Of a stretch of DNA of 64,000 bases, positions 54,771 to 64,000 are shown in pieces. This DNA comes from Octopus sinensis. Its lineage: Eukaryota. The first letter of the stretch is position 1; each line of letters starts with the position of its first letter. The DNA lies in the NCBI RefSeq assembly GCF_006345805.1, contig NC_043005.1, positions 22,320,001 through 22,384,000 of the forward strand, in the 5' to 3' direction. The position numbers were made by a program, and so were the translations under genes. The notes under the pieces were generated by a model. The model made no database searches and was not told the origin of the DNA. It worked only from the letters and a program-made list of their open reading frames with translations.

Positions 54771-55562
54771 TTCGGTTTGAACGGCAGTTTGTAACATAAT
54801 TTCTAGGTAACTAAAAAATTTTAAACTTCGTATACTGGTAGAATGTGTTTATAAAACATCATTTTCTCTTGGCTTTATTGAGAAAATTCTATAGTTTGCA
54901 ACATATTTCGTCTAAAATTTCTTGCATTTCGGCAATTTTAACCAATCGCTGACCGTCCATTGAGGTGAAAGCATTCTGTGCCGCATCAATATGTCCCTCG
55001 TTTAAGAAACAGATTGGGTTTATTTACATTTGTGAAGAAAAAAAGATACCCTTCCCCCACCCTAACCATAACCCTAACTAACCCTTTCTCTCTTTTCTCA
55101 ATACTGTGACCTGTAACAATTCGCATGACCTGCACAGATTCTCTTTCGACTGATCGTCGACTCTTTCAGTCACGCATCTCTACTTTCAACACGGTTTGTT
55201 TTTTTTCACTGTTCGTTTCTTCACTTTTCATTCTACCCTTCATTCTGTCCACTTTTGAGTCATTTAAGACAATTTCTGTTGCGTTAGAATTCTCTTGCCT
55301 CGAGCCTTTATTTTGTTTGTTTTATTCTTTTATTCACATTTTTGTGTCGTTTTTGTTTTTGTCACTGCTTAATAGTTTGCTCGCTATTCTCAACAACTTT
55401 TCGCTATTGACGCTATTAAAACTGAATACTATTATCATTAAAGGCGTGAACGTGTAATGATATTTTTGGAATATAACTGATGAAGAAAGAACCATTCTAT
55501 GTCCTGTGTGTGAATTTTCCGTTCGTTCCTTTGTCGAGCTTCTCTTTTAAACTGTACACGCA

Positions 55563-55669
<107 letters not shown>

Positions 55670-56008
55670 ATGAAGATATGAATTACACTCTACTGGCGTA
55701 TCATAATTAATAGAGTTTATATAGTTATATAAGCTATTAAATTTTCAACAGTATTTCATACATCGACGATAATTTGTACAAATGTGTAAACTAAAAGGAA
55801 TTAAACAATTAAGACAGTTGTGTAATCTTTATTCAGCCTAAATTTTTATATATATAGATGTACAAAAAATTATGACCAGTTGCATATGTGCAGTGGAAAC
55901 ACGTATAGGTCGTCGTAATAATAATAATATGCTGTATGACATTGTAAAATAAAGGAAATAATTATAGAGATGCACTACTCTCCACGTTCTCTATCGTTAT
56001 AATTATTA

Positions 56009-56122
<114 letters not shown>

Positions 56123-56499
56123 TAGTCGTCTAATCATTCATAAATCAGAAAGAACAGGAACTTGTACATTTATCACTAGAGTGTGTATATTAACCTTTAT
56201 ACTATATAGTATTACAGATCCATCTCAGCCGTTTTTAGAAATCGTTTCGCACATGAATTAGTGAAAACATTGAACGGCGCTCGTCAGTGGGGCTAGTATG
56301 ACTATTATAGTGACAGCTCTCCGCTAGTGAAAAACCGAACGAAGCAATAGAAGTTTAGTATAAGGTTTCTGAAAGAGCTATATTCCTTGTACAAGACGAT
56401 TAAGTGATAGGTAACTACCTAACAAAACAGCAATGATCAAAAATAGATGTAATGTGGTTTAAAAAGAAAATTCATAAAAAATTTCAAACGATGAGTATG

Positions 56500-56602
56500 C
56501 TATCTCAAAATAGGGTAACTAGCAAGCGTCGCAATACTACACATGTTGTTATAGTTCCTAGCCATTTTGATATAACCATGGTCACCCCACCGCTGACCCC
56601 AA
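56500..56602 (-). CDS. CTSL: Cathepsin L-like gene B, last exon: (S)[33 protein letters not shown]
   Basis: ttttcag|T, phase 2; TAG stop at 56500-56502; paralogous to 20778-20877. Confidence 0.93.
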
Positions 56603-56649
56603 CTGAAAAGAAAAAAAATTGATAATAAATCATACATTATTGACATGTA

Positions 56650-56793
56650 TTAACATTTTCTTATTAACGCAATATAATTAACAGGCAAACATTTTCTTAT
56701 TAATGCAATATAATTAACAGGTTAACATTTTCTTATTAATGCAATATAATTAACAAGTTAACATTTTCTTATTAATGCAATATAGTTAACAGG
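56650..56793. repeat. 36-bp minisatellite x4 in the last intron of gene B
   Basis: Unit TTAACATTTTCTTATTAATGCAATATAATTAACAGG; a single copy sits in the gene A intron near 20932. Confidence 0.85.
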
Positions 56794-57804
56794 CTGTGAC
56801 AAACAAATCTGACTGACCATACATGCCATCAGAATTCTGAATACTCATACTAACGTGTGTAGCGGTTATAGTATCGTGACGTGTCTTAGTAACTTATTCT
56901 GAATGGTCGTGTAATTTTATAGGATTCAGATGGGTCATAGTAACATGTCATTGTGGTTATAAAGATTTCTGTACAATCATAGTGTTATGGAATGTCTTTC
57001 GGTCACATTAGTAGATTTGTGTCTGTGCGCCTCCGAAGATGCAGTACGGTGTTTTTAGGGTGGTATTTTAATAGTGTTCATAGTTGTTATAGATAAGCTT
57101 GTTATAGTGTTCATAGTTGTTATAGATTAGCTGGGGTTGCTATTGAAGGGAACACTAGGCGTTAGAGTTTTCTACAACACTGTGTCTTGCATGTTCAAGT
57201 GATCTTATATTTTGAGTGGGAGATAGAATAATTAAAATTCGTGTGCTTTCAAGAATTGTGGAAGGTATGAAATATGGTTTATGTATGACACGGGGAAAAT
57301 TTCTCTGCAGAACCACCCCCAAAAACATACCCTCCCTTAAATTTTAAGCATTCTGTTTCAGAGATGTTTTGCTTGCCTTTCTTTAACGCTAATGATTTTT
57401 TAAAAATCTACGTTACGGATGGAATTTTTATTGATTGCACACATTTTTGGTTCAGTTCATTAAAATATATTCCACACTCAACTGTATAATTTATAATGTT
57501 CTGTTATTTCTTCCTAAAACTCCACATGCGAGTATAAACTTTGCTATTTATTATTTTAAACAATTTTTTTAAAGATCACTGGTATGTCAAAAGTGGCAGA
57601 ACGCCAGGCTGTATATCTTGCATAAAAACCAGACCCAGTCCAGTCTGCAATGTTTAGATTTCTAAAAATTTTATATCAACTGATTTAGCTGGAGTTAACA
57701 CGTTTGTTTTTAGATTTTTAAACACCACTATTGACATTTTTTGCTGATTATAGTTTAAAAACTAAGTATTCTTGTAGGTGGATAAATTAAATATTTATTT
57801 CTTC

Positions 57805-58199
57805 ATTGCCCACCAGGGGCTAAACATAGAGAGGTCAAACAAAGGGATTAAGTCGATTACATCGAACCAGTACACAACTGGTATTTATTTAATGGACCCC
57901 AAAGGGATGAAAGGCAAAGTCAACCTCGGCGGAATTTGAACTCAGAACATAGCGGCAGAGGAAATACCTATTTCTTTATTACCCACAAGGGGCTAAACAC
58001 AGAGAGGACAAACAAGGACAGACAAACGGATTAAGTCGATTGTATCGACCACAGTGCGTAACTGGTACTTATTTAATCGCCCCCGAAAGGATGAAAGGCA
58101 AAGTCAACCTCGGCGGAATTTGAACTCAGAACGTAACGGCAGACGAAATACGGCTACGCATTTCGCCCGGCGTGCTTACGTTTCTGCCAGCTCGCTGCC
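57805..58199 (-). mobile_element. Tandem SINEs (OK/OR-like), intronic in gene B
   Basis: Reverse complement of the 49746 family; not seen at the paralogous position in the gene A intron. Confidence 0.8.
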
Positions 58200-58581
58200 G
58201 CGGATAAATTAAGTGTTGTGACAGTCATGTCTTTACCAGTAGTATCATCATAACAGTATAATAAGTGAGCTAAAAACGTCAATAACTAGGATCGAAACTG
58301 CTTCACACTTTCCAGGTGTCTACTTTCTTTTCAATTATATCCAACGTAAGAGTAAATAGTATAAAATTTCTATACTTATGTCAAAAACAAAGTATCAGTT
58401 TTCATTTTCTACTACATTTCCATTCAGATTTGGAACTAAAAATGACACCAGTGTTTGACACCGTATTTTATCGATCTCGTGGATGAAAGCAAAATTGTTT
58501 AAAGCGTGACTGGAACTCAGTCCATAGAGGGTCGTATTTAATGCAAGATATTTTATGTCTAATAATTTTGCTAGTCTACCG

Positions 58582-58618
<37 letters not shown>

Positions 58619-58674
58619 TCATACAGATAAAAATGGGGAGAGTTAAAGTAAAAAAAAAAAACATTGTGATTTAC

Positions 58675-58940
58675 CTGTTTTTCACCAACCAGTAGTCCTG
58701 TCCATTTTCTGTTCCGTATCCAACCACCAAGATCGCATGATTTGCTTGGTGATTACAATCATTTCTTTTGTAAATGCCATGCTTGTAGAATTGGAATGCC
58801 TTGGAATGGGCATCGATGGCAGCAGAGATTGGACCCACACCGGCCACTGCTACTTGTAGTGCGCGCTCTCTCTGGTTCACATTAATGTAAGAACTGACAA
58901 AAGTGACTACTTTCCTACTGTCATACTTACACACTTGTTT
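58675..58940 (-). CDS. CTSL: Cathepsin L-like gene B, catalytic His/Asn exon (VGPISAAIDA...ANHAILVVGYG...YWLVKN)
   Basis: 266 bp, atatag|AAA to AG|gtaaat; 57 of 88 residues identical to the gene A exon by hand alignment. Confidence 0.95.
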
Positions 58941-59365
58941 CTATATAATAAAATAACGATATAGAAGTTAGATTAAATTGGTAAAACCAAAGAACATGTA
59001 TCTAAATTTTGAAAGAATTAACAATAAATAATTATCGATTTCAGTCACAATTACACGGTAAACGCACACCCATACGCGCCTGCGCACGCACACACACGCA
59101 CACAAAGCAAAACATTCAAAAGAAGAACGGGTCAGTATGATGTCATCAATGGATAAATACTAATACCTATTCTCAATATATAATTATCTTAACATATAAC
59201 AAAACGCATAAACAAATATTCTTATTGGCTTCCATTCAACCCCTTCGGCAGAAATAATATTTTTACTACCCTACTAAAATTACATCTAATTAACACTATG
59301 TGTAGCTGTTCTCGTAAATAGCTAAAAACTTTTCCCTAGCCTGAAGCATTCTTGCTTTATTAATC

Positions 59366-61884
59366 TTGTCGGACGATGCTCATTTACTCGAAGCGATAAG
59401 ATTCGTTTCAGCTTCGCATGACTGTTTGGTACTAGGAGACTTCAACGCTCCCACGATCGATTGGCCCGCATCAATTTGTACATCTTCCCGGTTCGGCCAG
59501 GCCCTTCTTGACGTGGCTGAAGATTGTTTTCTATCGCAACATGTTGAATATCCGACAAGGCATCGGTCTGGGCAGCAGCCATCTATGCTAGATCTGGTAT
59601 TCTCCCGCTATCCAAGATCAGTGTCAGACGTATCTGTGTGCGCCCCTCTTGCCAAGAGTGATCATGCGGTCCTGAAGTTCGTCATGCACACAACTTTTTC
59701 TACGCCCACGACTACTTCGCTGCCACGTAGAGTCTTCTCTGCAATTAATCTTGAAATTCTAACCGAGGCTTCCGCGCTTCTGGACTGGCGATCCCTGATG
59801 ACGTTGTCCTCAGTTGACGAACTATGGTTATCCCTCAAAGCATATGTAATCTGTTTGACTGACCAGGCAGTTCCCGTTGGGCTTCCCAAGAAGAAGAAAC
59901 ACAAGCCCTGGGTGACGAAGAAGGTTAAACGAGAACGTCGACTCAGAGATATTGCTTGGGCTGAATTCAAAAATCTGGATTCGACTGCAGCTTTTGAGGT
60001 GTACAAAACTCAACGAGACCGAGCCGTGAAAATTGAAAAGAAAGAACGCTTCAGTTATGAATACAAAATCGCGGCAAATGCCAGTAGCAATCCAAAAACC
60101 TTTTTTGCCCATGTCCAGCGGAATTCCCGCTTGAACAACCAGATTGCAACGTTGGTAGACTCAACAGGCGTATCGATTGAGGACCCTTATCAACAGTCAA
60201 TTATTTGCCGAGGCTTTTTCAACTATTTTCAAACAAGATGATGGTCGTGAACCCCCTCCATTTGATAGATCGGTACCTCCAATGCTTCGATTGGTCATCA
60301 CGCGGGACGAAGTCAAACGTGTTATTCAAGGCCTCGATGTCAACAAGGGTCACGGCCCCGACGGCATACACCCACGGGTTATCAAAGCGTTGGCTCCGGT
60401 CATCTGCGAGCCCTTAACACGACTATTCAATATGTCATTGGCGACGGGTGTTATACCTGTAGACTGGAGAACAGCGATAATCTGCCCAATTTTCAAGAAA
60501 GGGAGCCGCGAAGACCCGCTTAACTACCGACCGGTTTCCCTTACATCAATAATCAGCAAGATGTTCGAAACCATCCTTAAGAAAAGTATGACACTCCACC
60601 TCCTAAACACAGCCTCTATCTCTGATTCCCAACACAGCTTCGTGCCGAAGAGATCATGCTTGACCAACTTACTAGTAATGGAAGAATTGGTGACGCGCAT
60701 CCTCGATGATAGTGATGCTGTTGACATCGTTTTATTGGACTTTGCCAAAGCTTTTGACTCGGTAAACCACCGCCTATTACTTGTCAAGCTTCAAGCATAT
60801 AGTTTCCATCCGGATATTATACGATAGGTTGGTGCCTTCCTCTCAGATCGCTCCTTCCAAGTCCAAGTTAATGGTTCGCGGTCCGACGTCTCCAGTGCGA
60901 GCAGTGGCGTGCCTCAAGGTTCAGTGCTTGGGCCCTTGTTGTTCTTAGTCTTCATAAATGACTTGCCCGACGACCTCACGCAACACACCCTTCTATTTGC
61001 CGACGATATCAAACTGGTCGCTCCTCGCGGTAATATAGAGGATCTTCGTCGATGCCTCCACCAAATTTGGAAGTGGTCTAACGATTGGGACCTGTGTCTG
61101 AACGTGTCAAAGTGCTGTCATCTGCCTGTCGGCTCTACTCCTGCAACTCAACTTGATTTCGAGCCGGGTCGTCTGCTGCTGGAGAGGACCGATCAGGTAA
61201 AGGACCTGGGTATCTTGGTGGATTCCTCCTTTTCGCCTTCGGCCCAGTGCGTCCATGCTGCCAACAAAGCACGCGGAATTCTGTTCTTGATTCGACGGTC
61301 ATTCGGAATGCTCACAGCAGCCATATTCCTACCACTCTATGTCACGCTGGTGAGACCCATATTGGAGTATGGGATTCAAGCCTCTTCTCCTTATCTCCTC
61401 AAAGACATACAGCATCTCGAAAGAGTCCAGAAGCTGGCTACCCGCATGGTTCATGGTCTCAAAAATTTGTCCTACGAAGAAAGGCTGAGGACGCTCGACC
61501 TTTATTCTCTTGAAAAACGCCGCCGCCGTGGTGATCTCATTCTCGCCCACAACATCATAAGTGGAAAGTGTAACCTCTCGAAAGAGCTGTTCTTCACTCC
61601 TGCTCCAGAGCGTCGGCTGCGGGGTCATTCCGAAAAGCTCTACCTGCGACGATTTCATCTCAATCGAAGGAGAGGAGCTTTCTCCGTTCGGGTTGCGGAT
61701 CCGTGGAACAAGCTGCCAGACGAGATGGTGAAGATGCCGACGACCACTTTGTTCAAAGCCTCCCTGGACCTCAAGTGGCCTGAACTCTTTACATGAACAC
61801 CACCCTGTACTTAACTCCATGTCCCCCTACATGGCCTTGCTATTTGCTTTTGAGCCAAATTAACTAACTAACTAACTAACTAAC
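59366..61884 (+). mobile_element. CR1/L2-group LINE, 5'-truncated within the APE domain; copy 2, intronic and antisense to gene B
   Basis: LGDFNAP and SDH APE motifs plus a full RT, with one frameshift (about 60195) and one TAG (60825-27); (TAAC)n tail. Confidence 0.92.
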
Positions 61885-63277
61885 ATACACTTTTATTGTA
61901 ATTCAGTTTTGAATCAATTAACAAGTGATTTACTGTCCATTTATGTCTCTGGACAGCCTTACACGTGGTTTTCTTAATTGTATTTATTTCAATTATCACC
62001 TTTATTTGACTGTAAAAAATGTGCACCTTTTATCTTTTACTTGCGTCAGTCGTTAGACTGCAACCATGTAATTAATACAAGGGTTTTAGTTGAAGGAATC
62101 GACCTCAGTACTTATGTTTTGAGCCTGGTACGTATTCTGTTGTTCTCATTTGCCGAACCGCTAAGTTACGGGGACGTAAACAAACTAAGCAGTGTTGAAG
62201 GATAAACACAGACACAAAAACACACACAGATATATATACGAGAAGCTCCTTACAGTTTCCGTCTACCAAATCCACTCACGAAGCTTTGCTCGACCTGGTG
62301 CTAAAGTATGGTCGAGCAACAAATTTCTAATCACACAGTCATACACTCACACGGACGCGCATACACACACAGACACACGCGCGCACACACACACACACAT
62401 ACATACATACATACATACATACATACATACATACATACATACATACATACATTTTATCAGAGTCCATTCTAACGCAAGCATTTCAGCCAGATCTCTAGTT
62501 TAAGGATACTTTCCTCTCTACTTCTCATTGATCTTTGAGGCCTTGTAATGAGTTACAAGCCATCGCCTTTCCTGCTGGTTAAAAGATTAAAGAGTCCACC
62601 AGAGATACAATGTAATATATAGTAAACTGACTGACTAAGGGACTTATGAAGATGATAGTTGCACAGGTGTATTTGTAAGTGGAAGCACCAATGATATGCT
62701 GGGAGGGTTCACCAGACAATAGTTTCCACCAGGTGAGTGAGCCAAGTTGTACTGCAGGCTGTTATATTGAAAGCGTAATATCTAGTGTAAGGAAGGAATG
62801 GTGTTCTGGTAATACTGAGAATTCTTATTTAATTGACTGCAATACAAGGAAAACAACCACATATCTCCCCAATCAGAACAAATTATAAGTCTTTAAAAAA
62901 TATCTCATGATGTTATCCAAAATACACCATATCCTGATCATAAGACTGTTTATTCAGGGTTAATCTGGGGTTAGACAACAACAGCAAAGAGTTTCTTAAT
63001 GAAAAAGGAAAACTGTTGAATGTTGAATAAGAAGATCTCCAGGAGTAGAAGAGAAATATAATGGATACAATCTTATTAGACAAATACACTGAGAGAGTTG
63101 CTGGGCAAGGCAGAGTAGATATTAGTTGAAATGAGCATTGAAAACAATACCATTGGTAATGTGATATAATCCTACCTACCTACCTACCTACCTACCTACC
63201 TACCTACCTACCTACCTACCTACCTACCTACCTACCTACCTACCTACCTACCTACCTATCTACCTACCTACCTACGC

Positions 63278-63386
<109 letters not shown>

Positions 63387-64000
63387 ACTATCTATCTAGA
63401 TAGCTAGCTAGCTAGCTAGCTAGCTATCTGTTTATCTGCCTGCCTATCTGTCTGTCATGATAAATAGACATATAGCTAGCTAGCTAACTAGCTAGATAGA
63501 TAGATAGGTGGATTACTGGGAAAATGTCCAGAAGTAAGATAGGAATGCATTGGACGCGATCATATTACACAAATGAACTGAGAGAGTGACAGAACATGAA
63601 AGATATTAATTGAAGTGGTTAGTAGAGAGAATACTGTTGGTACAGACAAAGATGTTTCCTAGTTGAAGATGTATTGGTGACTTCAGGTGGAATAACCCAC
63701 GGCAAAAAAATATCAAGAAAAACAATTGTTTAGCCTGAATTCAGCCATGATCGAGCAATGAGATCCAATATCGAAAGCAATCCATCCATGACAATCACCT
63801 TTGTTTTCAGGTATAGTGGAGAAAAACCTAAAATAAATGATGTAATTATGGGAGATTTGATTGCTATTTCTAGCATTTCGAACAACATTATACAGGCTCT
63901 GTTTTTGGCTCATGAGGAAATTTGTTACGGAACATATGAGGAAGAAATGATAACTTTGAGGCAAATGGTAATATGCAGTACGTTCAATCTAAATTAATAC

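Noticed and set aside
55060-55086. Telomere-like CCCTAA repeats (also about 25016-25050)
   Set aside because: Only a few degenerate units embedded in an interspersed repeat; not a telomeric tract.
56650-56793. CRISPR-like 36-bp repeats
   Set aside because: The repeats are directly adjacent with no spacers; this is an intronic minisatellite.
58395-58664. ORF proposed as the last exon of gene B
   Set aside because: It lacks the WG..WG..GY motif. The true last exon is 56500-56602, and this region is paralogous intron.
59366-61884. Active or horizontally transferred LINE (GC-rich, few lesions)
   Set aside because: It is 5'-truncated with a frameshift and a stop. Horizontal transfer cannot be assessed without a database search.

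Overview
Eukaryotic, AT-rich, repeat-dense genomic DNA. The tRNA-derived SINE families and (TA)n/(CA)n/(TATC)n load resemble octopus, but that is recognition rather than a database hit. There is a 100-N gap at 3721-3820. Host genes: two minus-strand cathepsin L-like (papain C1A) paralogs, reconstructed by hand from splice sites. Gene A has six in-phase exons at 41458-20778 with Gln/Cys/His/Asn catalytic residues; its first exon was not found. Gene B shows only its last two exons, at 58940-56500. Mobile elements: CR1-like, Tx1/L1-like, RTE and R4-like LINEs, SINEs, a non-autonomous Helitron and a decayed transposase. Main finding: a 7.2-kb non-coding array of 606/607-bp near-identical units (27015-34199), inserted in a (TA)n tract inside an intron of gene A. 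It is split into two opposite arms joined by a 5-bp microhomology. Every complete unit carries a type I hammerhead ribozyme motif (CUGAAGA...GAAA, palindromic ACGUACGU stem III, GUC cleavage triplet, unusually long stem II), 12 in total. This looks like a retrozyme- or Penelope-related array able to release ~607-nt monomers or circular RNAs. Other (TA)n-embedded fold-back elements nearby carry one intact-looking and several decayed hammerheads of the same design.
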